Shown here piece after piece: positions 12,126 through 25,700 of a stretch of DNA of 64,000 nucleotides (the first letter of the stretch is position 1; the number at the start of each line of letters is the position of its first letter). A program made the position numbers and the translations under genes. Below the pieces are notes generated by a model that made no database searches, had not been told where the DNA came from, and saw only the letters and a program-made list of their open reading frames with translations. This stretch comes from Raja brachyura. Its lineage: Eukaryota. The DNA is taken from positions 10,416,001 through 10,480,000 of the forward strand of contig OY740799.1 in assembly GCA_963514005.1 (NCBI GenBank), in the 5' to 3' direction.

Positions 12126-12856
12126 TGGCCTGTCCCACTTAGGCGATTTTTCAGGTGACTGCCAGCGTCTGTCAAGTTGTAGCAGGTCGCCGAAAAAACG
12201 GCGACTGGAACGGCGACTGTCAGAATGGAACATATACACACATCACTTCCTTCACCGGCCAGTTATGCAGGCGGGGGACAGGGCAAGCGGGGAGAGTTCT
12301 GTCTGAGTGAAATTCACACGGTGCAAAGCCAATGTGATACAGATACACACCATGATGAACGGGAAGCTTGTCGCTGTAATTAAGACGGTGAAAGCACAGT
12401 GTATGGGAAAGGTTACTTAAGTCCTTTAAAAGAAGGGGGTGGGAAGAAGGAGTGGAGACATCTTATAAGAAGCCAGAGATACACGGCTGTGAAGCTCGGT
12501 GGACATCAACATTACAGGACAGTTATCCTTGGTTCTGAAAACTACTGTTTGTGTTTTTTTTCCCAATGAGCCAATTAAATTCACCGGTCAGCACCAGCGA
12601 AAACCTACGACCGCCTGGCGACCCACTACCACTGCACCTACGTCCCGAGAATTCTCGCTACTCTTCATGGCGTACAAATTCTGGTTGCCGCTCATTTTTC
12701 AACATGTTGGAAAAATTAGCAGCGACCAGAATGAAGCCACGACTAATTACGAGGAGCTACTCGCCTCCATGCAGGCGACACCCCGGCAACCTCTGTTGAA
12801 CATGTGACGACCTCATAGTCTTCTGTAGTCGCCTAAAATGTCGCGTAAGAGGGACT
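12126..12856. mobile_element. Longer, more diverged Harbinger-like non-autonomous DNA transposon
   Basis: Left end taa|tggcctgtcccacttaggcga; degenerate right TIR agtcgcctaaaatgtcgcgtaagagggac; many GGCGAC/GTCGCC subterminal repeats; shares the internal TTTTTCAACATGTTG motif with the other MITEs. Confidence 0.7.
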
Positions 12857-13808
12857 GTTACAGTGGACTGTTGGCAATAACCTCCCCCCCTCCCTCCCCC
12901 TTATGGTCCATTATAACAAGCGTTATCTGTATTAACAAATATTTAGTTTATAGTATTCTCTTCTCTGATTCTGGGGTTGTGGGTTCAAGTTCATGACAAA
13001 TAGTTGAACGCATTATCCTGCCTGAATCGCCAATGCAGTACTGATCCTGTACTGCAGTTTCCGAGTTACAGCTTTTGCAGGGGATTTTAACGAGTCGTGG
13101 TTTGTCAGTTCAATGTGAGATATAAAAGATCCTCTGGTACAATTTAAAGAAGCCTGCACTTGGTATCTTGCCCAATATTTAGCCTACAATCAGTCCAACA
13201 AGCCATTTACCACATCGCTATTTGTGGAGGTCATCAAATTAATTATTGTACTTATTGCATTCTTACAATATTTATTCTTTTTAATATAAAATTTAGGTGT
13301 AGAATAGGGAAATGCATAAATTGCAGTTCTTTCTTTCTGGGGTAGACATAAATGCTGGAGAAACTCAGCGGGTGAGGCAGCATCAATGGAGCGAAGGAAA
13401 TAGGCGACGTTTCTTTCTGTCTGCCTTTTACAGAGGGTGACACATATGGTTCTGATCCTTACTTTCCCTGATCATTCACTCCTGTCCTGTGGTGGGGTTG
13501 TGGGATTTTATCCTGGAACTACAGATGATTTTTGTTTACCCACACCCCAAACACTCTATTTGGCTGTCTTCCGAACAGCAATGTGTCGATTTAAAAGGGA
13601 CCTCGTCTCATTCCCCCACCCGGCTCAGAATAAAGATGACAAATAAGAATTTCCCAGATTTTGCAGCTTTGCACCAGAACACATTCACTAAGTGGACCTG
13701 AGGCGCTGATTAATTTATTTTTAAGGAAGGAACAATTTTTGAAGCAAACTGTATAGGGAATACAGGTGCCCTGCTGCACATAAAATCACTATTCTTTCTT
13801 GTTTGCAG

Positions 13809-13910
13809 GTTGGCACGGGTGCAACAGTTGCGACTCTGGCCGATGCATCTGAGCTCCCGGGAACGGTAACTGTCGCTCAGGTGAATTATTCCACTGTACA
13901 GGATGGAGAG
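13809..13910 (+). CDS. NRF1: NRF1 coding exon: VGTGATVATLADASELPGTVTVAQVNYSTVQDGE
   Basis: Pyrimidine tract + gcag ends 13808; donor gtgagg at 13911; 102 nt; matches NRF1. Confidence 0.97.
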
Positions 13911-15616
13911 GTGAGGACAGCAATTGCTCATGCGCTCTTCGGGAAGGTGGGTGCGATACTGTTTCTAACCTCCCATTGAGCACCACGCATTCCTAGAATC
14001 CCAACACCATGCTGGGTGGCATCCATAATCCTTTCCACTTAGATATCCAGAGAGTTTTTTAGAATAGGAAGACATTGGACAAAAAAGGAAAGACTAGAAC
14101 AAAAGATGTGAAGACTACTCAACCCCCTGAATCTAACTTGCTTTTCATTCATAACCAAGAGCATACAAATTAGGAGCAATGATAGAACAAACTGAGGAAC
14201 ACAAGCCAATCCAGCCTACATGGGTGGTGAATTGATTATTCAAAAGGTTTTGAAGAATAAGATGAGCGATGTAGAAAGGGACAAATACATCAAGAGCAAT
14301 CAGGGTGTGTCCTACCTAAAATATGGTAATGAAAATTTGCTTGCAGTACTGTAGCTGTTTTTCATCTTGCATTCTTAGCTGTAATATTAAGTACTGCTTT
14401 TGCCTTTTAATCACCTTTTCTATCTATGCTGCAATCTTCTGAGATTTTGGCTATGTACTGTAAGGTGCCGCTGTTCGTCAATCATTTTTGAGTAACCAAC
14501 TATTTGATGTGCATTTTTTGCTGCAAATATTTAGTCACCTCATCCATTGTAGCAAATTTAGTAAGGAATTATTTTTGTAGCCAATGGTATCTCTCATTGT
14601 TCCAGTCCGCTCTATAAATTGCAAAAGGGCTTTTTTTTTAATGTACAGCCTGACAAATGCTGTGTGCCCTTAGCATAACAGCTTATAATCCCTTGAATTT
14701 TCCTATCCATGTCAGGCAATTTGATATGCAAGAAGGAGAATAGTGTTGACTCCAGATATTATGTGAAGCCTGTAAATTGAGGAGGCTGCCAACAGTATTT
14801 CTGTTTGGATTATGAATGATTCAACAAGAGAAAGATAAAAAAAATTCAACAGAGAAAATAAACCATCATAAAGAATGCTCCAAGTCATCATTGGTTCAGG
14901 AGAGGAAGTTATCGAACTTGGCTCTTGAATTATAGCTGTTTGTTTTTCTGATACAAAGTAGATGATACATAATGATTGTGCAAGGGAAGCAGAACTATAA
15001 GAAATAGGCTAGCAAATTATATGTAAGGATTGAAAATAATTTTAATGCTAGTTCTTTCTTATTAGGTGGATGTTGCCTGTATTGCTACCTGAATTATGCC
15101 CTGTTTATCCATGCTGCCTTTACTCTCTGACCTGAACTAGCTTCTGGTCTGGATGCTTGCCATTCTTTATCTCTAACTTCCTGCAGCCCAACAACTCTGA
15201 GAACCTTCATATTTGCGTATCCAGTCTAGACAACCAGAATAATGTTCTGATAATATTAAACATTTGTGAGCTCGATAGAAATTGGGCGAAGCTTGATGAC
15301 TACAGGGCAGCTTTTACTTTTGCTAAAGTGTTTCTTTCAGATCTTAAAAAGAGCCAATTTTTATATTGTCATTGTTTCAAGCTGCTCATTAAGGTACTTC
15401 TAAAGATGAGCTCTCCGAATCTGTATTGATTCTTAACCAGTGCTCATTTGGCGACAAGCTGCACATATGCATCATCCTTCCCCACCTCAGTTTTCAGAAT
15501 AATCCAAAAATAACTCCATGTGGAGGAAGAGGTGTATATTTTTTGTTGCCATTCTGTTCTGTACTTTTTGTTGCTTGGTTCTCCTCTCTACGATATTCTG
15601 CACTTTCTTTGTGCAG

Positions 15617-15774
15617 GTTGAGCAGAATTGGACCACGTTGCAAGGTGGGGAAATGGCGATCCAGACGACACAAGCTTCTGAAGCCACACAGGCTGTAGCC
15701 TCTCTGGCAGAGGCTGCGGTGGCTGCATCCCACGAGATGCAGCAAGGGGCCACTGTTACCATGGCGCTGAACAG
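15617..15774 (+). CDS. NRF1: NRF1 coding exon (transactivation region): VEQNWTTLQGGEMAIQTTQASEATQAVASLAEAAVAASHEMQQGATVTMALN(S)
   Basis: Acceptor gtgcag ends 15616; donor gtgagt at 15775; 158 nt, phase 0/2; lies within ORF 15518..15778. Confidence 0.98.
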
Positions 15775-16599
15775 GTGAGTGTCAGCCAGTAGTGCTCAAA
15801 GATTACATTACCAATTGTTCCTCTCCAGTTCCCGTAGCAAGCTGGATAATATCTGAGACTCTTACAATAATAAACTTTAGTTTTACATTTTAGAATTTTA
15901 AAGAATTTCTCATTCTTGCAACTGAATTGATGTGCCTTGTTAACTTTTAAAATTTGGATTAACTGGACGTAAATAAATCCTTGGCACAATGCCAGATTCA
16001 TCCACCGAATCACTGGATTCTGCTGATTTGAGGGTTGTGTGGAGCGAATGTTGACTCGGGGAGGGAGAGTCTGGGTAGATTGAAACCTGAGCATTCTTTT
16101 CAAGATTTCTTTAGCCCTCTTCGAAACCAACTGGACTTGGCACTGTGGCAGAAATGGTGAACTTCTAATCTTGACTATGTTGCAGGGATGCAGCACTTGA
16201 GATTACTGGGAGTGTAATTACTTAATTTGGCTGGACTGGTCTGCTTGGGGTAAGGCAGGCTGGGGGAATAATAGCTTGGGATGAGTGGCAGCAAACGGAG
16301 AAACAAACTTGTGTCTGTTGGCCGCAAGCTCTTTCTTGAGAGGTTTATTTATAGCTGCTCAGGTCAAGAAAATGTAAGTTTGATGCTTGAATTGGTTGAT
16401 CTCAGTTGGAGGAAACCAAGTAGGGTTCAATATCATTGTTCATGAACATCCGCCAAGATTGCAGTAAAATGCTGAGCAGTGTTGAACAGTCTTTTTTCCA
16501 AATTACATGATCAGAGGTCAGATATTTTTCTGTGACATTCCCATTAGAATGTTGGTTACGAATATCAAAAGAGGTACTCTCTGAGACACCTACTCTTAA

Positions 16600-16760
16600 T
16601 TTTAGATTAAGATTTTCTGGTATAATGTGAAGAGTAGAGATATCCTGGCCAACATTAATCGCTCATTCAGCCTTGCTGAAACTAATTCTGGTTACTATCA
16701 TATTGCTGTTCGTGAGATCTTTCTGTGTGCAATTTGGCTGCTGTACTTCCTACATTGTTG
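16600..16760 (+). mobile_element. DeuSINE (SacSINE1/AmnSINE1-like) fragment; further fragments at about 12970-13240 and 21110-21170
   Basis: gaagagtag...tcctggccaa...attgctgttcgtgagatctttctgtgtgcaatttggctgctg...cctacatt resembles the Deu domain as recalled. Confidence 0.55.
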
Positions 16761-17231
16761 GCTGAAGCCTATGCAGGGCATTTTAAAAGGGTAAATTATT
16801 TACTTAATTTGTACTTCTTGCTATTGTTTGACTAGATTCCTTACCCATGGACAAAAGATGAGTTGAATCACAGGCCCTCCCATGCCAAAGTGATTGTGCT
16901 ACTCTTGACTAAACTTGGCCATCCATCCAAGTAAAGTCAGTCATCTTCCAGCAGAACAAAACAAACGGCTATTTTGGAATTCAGCTACAAAGCATATAGA
17001 TTTTTAAACCTGTAAACTGCTGACAAGATAGTCGCTTGTGGTTGAGCCCATAGCATGTTTTTCGGTTGTGTTGTTCAAACCTCATTATCCAAAATAACAC
17101 CAGCTGGATGTGTTTTCAGAAACTGGTTACTGAGGCATGTGTTAAGCAGAGTGGATGGGGTGGGTACATAAGCAGACTGGATTTTAACCATGCTACTTTG
17201 ATCGGATAAAGCAAACCTTAAGAAGACTTCG

Positions 17232-17446
17232 AAGATAGACACAAATATCTGCAGTAACTCAGTGGGACAGGCAGCATCTCTGGAGAAAAGGAATGGGTGA
17301 CATTTCAGGTCGAGACCCTTCTTCAGACAGTCTGAAGAAGGGTCTCGACCCGAAACGTCATCCATGCCTTCTATTCAGAGATGCTGCCTGTCTCACTGTA
17401 AGCTTTTTGTGTATATCTTCAGTTCAAACCAGCATCTGCAGTTCCT
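17232..17446. mobile_element. Inverted (palindromic) pair of Penelope-like terminal repeats
   Basis: Symmetry centre cttcagac-a-gtctgaag near 17329; arms of about 90 bp are mutually reverse-complementary. Confidence 0.75.
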
Positions 17447-19179
17447 ACCATTCACTTAATTAGACTAGTCAGAACAACTAGTCCCTTTGCTATCGATACT
17501 GAGGAAACATTAGTTATGGAAGTTTTAAAAAAAGTTGTGAGACTGATTAAATGCTAAAATTCTAGAGTCATACAGCACGGACACTTGTCTATGTTAACCA
17601 GGATTTCCAGTCTAACTTCGTCTCATTTAGCCATGTTTGACCCATATCCATTTGCAGTATTTTATTTTGCGTTGGCTGTGACCAGTCGACCAAGTGCAGA
17701 TAGAGGAACAAAAGTGGAATAATTATGATGATGGACTAATAATGTTTTTTAAACAATGATAATCCAGCCTTGGATATAAACTGTTACTTGATTTTGTGTT
17801 CCAACCTTGATGGTCCCTAACTTTAATCACGGCCGACTCACCCTCATGCTGAGATCCTAAAACAATGCAGAGAAGTAATTTCTAGTTTGCAGACGGACTA
17901 CAATTAGAAGTGACTTAGTCCCCTTCAGGGGCATTTGTTGAAAGTACTGCTTCTGGATCAGCATTCTTAATGGGGCTGCTTTTTGAGTTTCCCTGCAGAT
18001 TATTCTTGATCAAAACCCAGAGTTTAATACTACGGGTTTTGCAATTTAACGTGGATGTTGGACACATTTTGTTGGTCAATTTTAAAAAGAATTAAGTAAC
18101 AGCGATCCTATGATGTCTCTGCCTTTGAATAGATCGATTAACCACACTGCTTTGCTTTGCACAATGATCTTTGTACTTAGCATGCAGGTTAATCTTTCTG
18201 CATCCTGTCATTAAACAGTTTGAAAGAAATATCACTTTATTTTTCTGGAATGTTTGTCATTGAGTAATTAAAGCAACAGTTATTAAATGGAGTTGTATTT
18301 GAAGACTTTTGTTTCCCTGAGGTAAGCTACATCAGCTGCAGTTAGTCTTTGTTGAGGAACACACATATCCATTGCTACTAACTTTTGAACAGCCACTATC
18401 ACCACTCGCTTTCAAACCTAATACATTGAAACAATATTCTCTTGGATGCACCTCTGTTTAGCTGATTAGGGGTGGAATATCTATAGTCAAAAGATTCCTG
18501 TGACATAATTTTGTACACGGTTTTACATGATGTCAGATGTTGGTGACTAAGTATATTAAAACCTCTTGCCTTATCTAGAACTTAGAAAGAAATGTTGGTC
18601 TCAATAACATCATCAGTCTGTTTTTCTTTTTAATAAATCCTTTTTCATGGAGGCATTAATTCCAGTAGAGGGCAACACTGACTGGTATTTTCCAGCCAGC
18701 ATGAGGAGTTTCATTTGGAAGTACAAAGCATTATGCACGTTTATTGTCACAGCATTCTTCCCTTTTGTTACAGTAAGAGTCTCACGCATTTAAAGCATTC
18801 GTAACATCATGATCCCTGATGGTGATATTAAGACGAAGATGCATTCATTCCATAAAACATACTGTTTCTCTAAACCGTTTATTTCCCCACTTCGCCCATC
18901 CTGCTTTTTCTCTTGACTGAATCTGAACTGTGTCACAGTCCCAGCACACGCATGGTGTGAACTGGGGCTCAGAAAGGCATGGCATTTCATGCCTTTTTGG
19001 GTAGGCTGGGAGATTAAGAGATTTGGTTCAAGTGCTTCCTGGTCTGTGTTCTGAATAATATCTTATCATTTGTGACATTTTAATCATGGAAATATTTATT
19101 TCCTGATGAGAAACAAGTTCTATATACTCTTACAACAATGCAGCACAGGAACAGGCCCTTCTGTGCCAACCATGTTGCC

Positions 19180-19567
19180 ATGCCTCATATTTTGCTTGGG
19201 CAACTTCCCAGCAGTATGAATATTGACTTCTCTAACTTTGTAACCCTTTTTCTCCACCCCTCCCCCCTTCCCAGTTCTCCGACTAGTCTGACTCCTCATT
19301 AACATTTTATCTCTGTTTGCTTTGTTGTTACCTTCTCCTAGCTAACACTGATCTACTCTACATTTTCCATGAACTCCATCTCCTTTGTCTTGTTTTCACA
19401 CCTTACACTTCCTTATCTCTGTATCTCCCTCTCCCCGACTCAGTCTGAAGATGGTTCTCGACCCGAAACGTCAGCCATTCCTTCTATACCAGAGATGCCT
19501 GTCCCGCTGAGTTACTCCAACATTTTGTGTCTACCTTTGATTTAAACCAGCACTTGCAGCTCCTTCC
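19180..19567 (+). mobile_element. Penelope-like element 3' end with a hammerhead-like motif (19445-19472)
   Basis: Degenerate MNIDFSNF coding end, a pyrimidine-rich spacer, then CTGAAGA-tggttctcgaccc-GAAAC-GTC and the common terminal sequence (ctgagttactcc...gtgtctac). Confidence 0.7.
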
Positions 19568-20254
19568 AACAACATGTTGCCAATTTAAACTACATGCACT
19601 TTGCCTTCTCATTGTCCATATCTCTCATCGGCCTGTCCATGTGCCTGTCCACATGCCTCTTAAATGTTGCCACATCTCCTTTGATCACCTCCCCTGTTCT
19701 GAGCACTGTTCAAAAAAAAACTAACCATGTAAATTTCCTTCAAATTTCCCCATTCTCACCTTAAATTTATGTCCCCTTGATTTTGATATATCTCTCTCTG
19801 GGGGGGGGGGGGGGCTGGAGCAGAGCTTAACAATTTACAATTTAGTGAAGGTGCTCAAATGATAGAGATTTGGGTAAACGAAAAGGCGTCAAACTGTTAC
19901 TATTGGCCAGGCAGATTTAAGATATTCGGTAATTTAACTGAAGAAGATGAGAGAATTTTATGCAGCAAATTGTGAGCTGGGACTGCACTATGGAGAGTGC
20001 AGCAGGGGCATATAATAATAACTTAGAAAACAGCCACTATCTTTATGCTACTCCCTCCACCATATCAAGTCTCTATCCTTTTTTAACAAGACAGCATTTA
20101 TGAATGGACAGTTGACAACTGCCTTTGCTATGTGCTTCTGTATGTGGAAATGTGCTTATTTGTATTTATGCAAGTTTGTTTTACTAGTGCTGTCGGTTGT
20201 CAGCACCAAGAATCCCATCTTGTGCCCAATACGTTTTTCCTTTCTCTGTTGCAG

Positions 20255-20379
20255 TGAGGCTGCTGCTCATGCTGTCGCCACGCTTGCAGAAGCCACTCTT
20301 CAGGGCGGAGGTCAGATTGTGCTGTCAGGAGAGACCGCTGCAGCTGTTGGTGCGCTGACTGGGGTTCAGGATGCTAATG
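20255..20379 (+). CDS. NRF1: NRF1 penultimate coding exon: (S)EAAAHAVATLAEATLQGGGQIVLSGETAAAVGALTGVQDAN(G)
   Basis: Acceptor ttgcag ends 20254; donor gtaag at 20380; 125 nt, phase 2/1. Confidence 0.98.
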
Positions 20380-22294
20380 GTAAGAACTGCTTTTATTTTT
20401 ATTGTAAAGTTGAATTTATACTGTGGTTAGGTTTGAAGATACACCAGTCTTACTACCATTGATGTTTAGTATCAATAGATAGGATTTTGTCCCTTCATCT
20501 TGTCCCTCCATCTCTCATATAGCCACATTTCCACGGGCCACATTCAATCTCCCAATACCAGGCTATGTCTTGTTCTTTACCTCTTCTGCTTCACAGTATC
20601 ATTTGCTCTTTCAGCATTTTAATCTTCATTTTCTTGAACTCTCAACATCTCTATCTTATGTCCTCATCAAGACCATTTTCTTTGCAATGCTTTTGCCTGC
20701 TTCCCCCCCCCCCCCCCCCCCCTTTCTTGCCTTTGTTCTGCAAAGCGTTCGGATATTTGCCTCTGCACGCAGAGTGCAAAAGAAATGCAAGTTGATTTTT
20801 TTTATTTCTAAATAAAATCCTTTACAGCATCTGTAGATTTTTTTTTTCCTGCCAAGTTAGGTGAGCACGACATTATACCCAAGATTGCAGACTAAGAGTA
20901 ACGTGGAAATAAAATATTTCAATCCATTGCTTCTTGCGGATACTGGAAAGTGCTTCAGATCCGATAAATTGTTTTAAGATTATAGTGACTGCTGTTATGC
21001 TCCAATGCAATGAATAACTGTGAGCAGCTTAGAAACTAAAATTGACTAAAGAAGTTCAGCTACTTAAGTCAAAAAGCTCCTAGTGTGGATTCCAGCTGGG
21101 GGTCAATATGGATGTTCCTCTACATAATTGTAACTGCAACTGTGCTTTAAATGTACTTCATTGGCTGTAGAATGAAAGACGCTAAATCCAAATCTTAAAT
21201 CTATTTTTGGCTTTTTGTGGTGCTCTGTCCAATGATTAAAATTAATCCCTATGGGATTTATATTTTTTTCCATGGTTACATGGTAAGACTAAAGTGTGCC
21301 CCTGTTTAATTTAGCAATTTAGCAATATCAAACTGTTTGCTGTACAACATCCATTCTTCTATAAACATTACCAAGCCTTAACCACCATTCCAAACAAATT
21401 GCTAGTCAGCTGCATATTGAAGTCTCTCCTAAAATTGGTGTCTCCAGTCCTTCTGCCTAGACGTAACAAAAGGTTGTTCAATGTTTGCTTTCTAGGTCCT
21501 GTTAAGTGACTTATTTAACTATATGCCAAACTTTTATCAAGAATTTGAGTTTATTATATATTGCTCATCCATCTGGCATGGGAGATTAGAAAAAGTAACG
21601 ATTTGGATTGAATTGAGTGGATTTTCAGTATTTATAATTGTCTAAATAAATCAAAATGGGGTATCAATTTCTGTTGTAAATTTAACTGCGCAAATATTGG
21701 AGACTGTTACTTCCATTCTCCAGGCAATCCAGGACCTATTGGTCCTGAACTGATGTCTGAAGCATTACCGGGATAAATATTTAATGACAACAAGCTGTCA
21801 TGAAAGTTTTATGACCATATCGTCATAATGTGATGTAAACTTAATTCCTAAAAACTCCTCAACATTTCAACACACACATATGTCTCAAGTGTGTCCGGCA
21901 CTTTAATCAGCCATAATTAATGAATGAAGTGCAATAGGTTCACTAAAGATAAGTGCTTCTAGAATTTGACTCCAAGAGTTTGAGCTGGAAGAGGAAAGAA
22001 GGACTGGAACTATTGAGTAATTTATGTACTAATTCAGTCTAGGAGTTGGCTTCTAGGAATTATTATGATAGGTGCAAAACCTTGTTTTAGTATAAGATTT
22101 ATTGTGGTGCTTAATGGATTTAATACTATGGAATGGAGTATTTTCCACTATCTTCCATGATCTGGTCTAATATTGCCCAAGAAATCTACCTCAATGAAAA
22201 TATCAGAAATATATCCATGTGAGTCTTTTGCTTTATTCGCACCCTCTTGTTTAGGCAGAGGTGCCAATATATGCCAGTTTGCATGCATTTAAAG

Positions 22295-22712
22295 GAAGAC
22301 AAAAATGCTGGAGAAACTCAGTGGGCGAGGCAGCACTATGGAGCGAAGGAAATAGGCAACGTTTCGGGTCGAAACCCTTCTTCAGACTGATGGGGGGGGG
22401 GGGGGGGCAGGAGGAAGAAAGGAAGAGGTGGAGCCAGAGGGCTGAGAAGTGGAGGAGAAAGTAAGGACTACCTGAAATTAGAGAAGTCAATGTTCATACC
22501 GCTGGGGTGCAAACTGCCCAAGTGAAATATGAGGTGCTGCTGCTCCAATTTACGATAGTCCTCACTCTGGCCATGGAGGAGGCCCAGGACAGAAAGGACG
22601 GATTCAGAATGGGAGGAGGGGGAGTTGAAGTCCTGAGCCACTGGGAGATCAGGTTGGTTATTGCGAACCAAGAGGAGGTGTTCGGTTTTCCAGTATCTGC
22701 AGTTCCTTCTTA
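22295..22712 (-). mobile_element. Penelope-like element 3' fragment: endonuclease C-terminus plus terminal repeat with a hammerhead-like motif (22358-22385)
   Basis: ORF ...FNSPSSHS...LEQQHLIFHLGSLHPSGMNIDFSNFR is followed on the - strand by CTGAAGAAGGGTTTCGACCCGAAACGTT. Confidence 0.75.
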
Positions 22713-25700
22713 AACATGCATGCAATTAAAATTAGTTTGGTTCAAACCAATTTAACAATACGTTAATCTAGCCAGCATATGAGGACCCCAGAGATGAAAG
22801 AATGAACTTGTTAAACCCATGTAACCTTTCATTCTCTCATTAGTGGATCCAAAATAAATCTGCTTGATTAACGTTTGTGGATATCAACATCTCTGAAATT
22901 CTGGGCTACATTATTTGGCTCTTGTGGAAGTACATTGATTTAGGATCTGGAACACTTGCCTTCAAAGTTGGTTGCAATGACTTGCAAGCTCATCAAATTA
23001 GCAGTGGAGATTTCCCAAGAGACTGCCTTAATCATATTTATCTGTACACCTGCGAAAGGGAGACAGCACAGAGTAGTGGGAACGTTTGTATATGTGTTCC
23101 TCCAAAGCAATGCTGCCTTCCATTATACAACATTTTGTCATATAGAAACAGTTCTTGTCAATTTTTCCACTTGGAATTGCATTACGAGAAGCAATATAAA
23201 TTATGTAATTGAGCGCAGCAACTGTTCTGTAGTGTGTACCAGCACCACCCTATCGTTAGCAGTCACTGTATTTAATGTTTTATTAAGGGCATGTAAGAAC
23301 GTCTGGGTAAATGCTAGATTGCCACTTCCACTTCAGTGCAACTCAGCTCTGTGATTCTTTTATAAATGTTTTACAAGGTTCTCACAACATCCCTTGTTCT
23401 CCTTTTAATGCAGCCACATGAACAACACAATTTAATCTCCTTTTTGACATCTATGTTGCTTTGAGATTAGGCAGTCACCTACCCATCCTCCAGATAATAG
23501 TATCGTGTGGTGTCATGTGCTTTTAGTTACTTAAACGTAATTGAAGAAATATAGTATCAGCGAGGAAACAATGAGTTATTTTTCTTAACCTCATCTTCCT
23601 CCCCCTCCCTCAGACTTGTTCCATCCAAAAATAGTTGTCTCTCCTGAGCGGTTTTAAAGAGCTTTGATGCAATCCATTATCGGTCACCAGACTAAGCAGA
23701 ACAGCTGTCATGGGCAGTTTTTGCCTGGCCCTGAGAAGCAAACGCATTCTGCGATTCCAGGCAATGGCTGGAAGAATGTGCACGTTATTGAAAAATAAAT
23801 CTGCTCAAGAAATATAACTATGACATGCAGGATATATCGACTTCTTTATGCTAAATTCTGGAATCTTTCGAGATGTGAATTCAATGTCCTTTATATGTGT
23901 GTGTGTCTCTGTGTGTCTATATCTGGCCATTTTGACATCTCCCTCTCTTCTCTTTTTCCGCTTGTTGATCTGCCTTGAATGTGCAAAGGTTTAAGAGGCG
24001 ATAGTTATTAAGGGAATCTCACATTTAAAAATATTATTATGTGCTTTCATTACCGATTGTAGTCTTAAGTTTAAACAGAGGGGGTAAGAAAAGACAGGTT
24101 TGTGTTGAACAATATATTCTTTGTCAAAATCTAATAAGCAGACACCAGCAGGGAGTCAGCAACCATGGAAACATACTATCACCAATGGAAATCCATGTCA
24201 ACAGGGTGTCAGTGCCTGTGGAATCACACCACAGCAGGAAGGCAGCAATCGTGATGATAGTTCCATGACAGTGCATGTTACTACAGGTGGTGTGTAATTC
24301 CACAGGTGCTAACTTTTTGTTTAAAACAAGTAGTAGGAGCAGAGTATTCCATGTGGGTACTTGAACCCGTTGGTCATTGAGTAAGATCAAGGGTGAGCTG
24401 ACCTTGGTCTCATCTCCACTTTTGACCCCTTTCCCATAACCACCAGCACTCTGTAGATGAAAGCCAGAGATTAATAAATCCTGAAGCATTTACCCGAGAA
24501 TGATCTTGTCACCGTGATAGCACAGAGCACGGCAGGTAATGATACTTCCGGGCAGGTCTGGTGACCTAGGTTTGATCCTAACCTCTGCTGTTAACTGTGT
24601 GGAGTTTGCACTGTCTCCCTGTAACGATGTTGGCTTTTCATGGATGCTCAGTTTTCCTCCCATATCCCAAGCCATACAAATATATGTGTCACTTTTTGTG
24701 AAGATTCCTGGGCCTCAGAAGAAGAAAACAAAATCCCTCCCACCTGAATCTTAAATGTCTTCTGAAATTGTGCCCCCTTGTTCTGGTTGCGTCTGAGCTT
24801 TGATCTTGTCAAGGCCCTTTAGAATCCTGTATATTTCATAACTCTTATGTAGCTACAATGTCCTCAGCCTGTCCCTACAAGGCAAGCCCTTCATTCCCAA
24901 GTATCAAATCTTGTTATACTGCATCTTCTTTGCAGTGAAAGTCAACATTCTGTTAACTAATTGATGTACCTGCATGCAAACTTCCTTTGTTTTGTCTATA
25001 AGGCATGCGGATCCTTCTAAACTGCAGCATTCTGAAGTCTCTCTCTGTTTAAACAACATTCTCTGTTCATGTTGTTCCTACCAAAGTGCAAAGTTTCACA
25101 TTTTCCCACATTATACTCCCTCTTGCCATGTTTTTGCCACTTCACCAATCTTTACCGCTCCATGCTCTTTGCATCCAACTCTCAATTTTTCTCAGCCCAC
25201 CTTTCTTTGCAATCCATTGAAACCTTTGTTTCAATCCATTGCATGGCTATGATTCTACAGTTCCGAGATGGTGGCTCCCCATTACTATTTATTACCATGT
25301 TGTGCAAGATTGATTATTTTTCTATGCTTGGAAAGCATTCAGAATTAACTGTTTTCTCCATTGCCTCATTCCTTGCTCCCAGTTTCACACTTTTCATTTT
25401 CCTACTTTACATTTTTTTAAATTGAATTTGATACTATTGGGGTGAGGGCAGCTTCCAATTTCAGTACTAGCTGCTTCTGCCAGAACAATCAGAAATAGTC
25501 ATTCAAGGTCATTGCTGTCCATCAGGCTTTCCAGGGCCAGCATACAAACTACATTATGTCATCACTGTTAAAAACGGGTGTACAATGACTATTTGCCTGA
25601 GACTCTTAAAATATGGTGAGACCAAAACTGAAAACCCATTAGGAAGAAAGGAAAACATGCCAATGAGCGTGCAGCATTGACACACAAATAAATGACAAAT

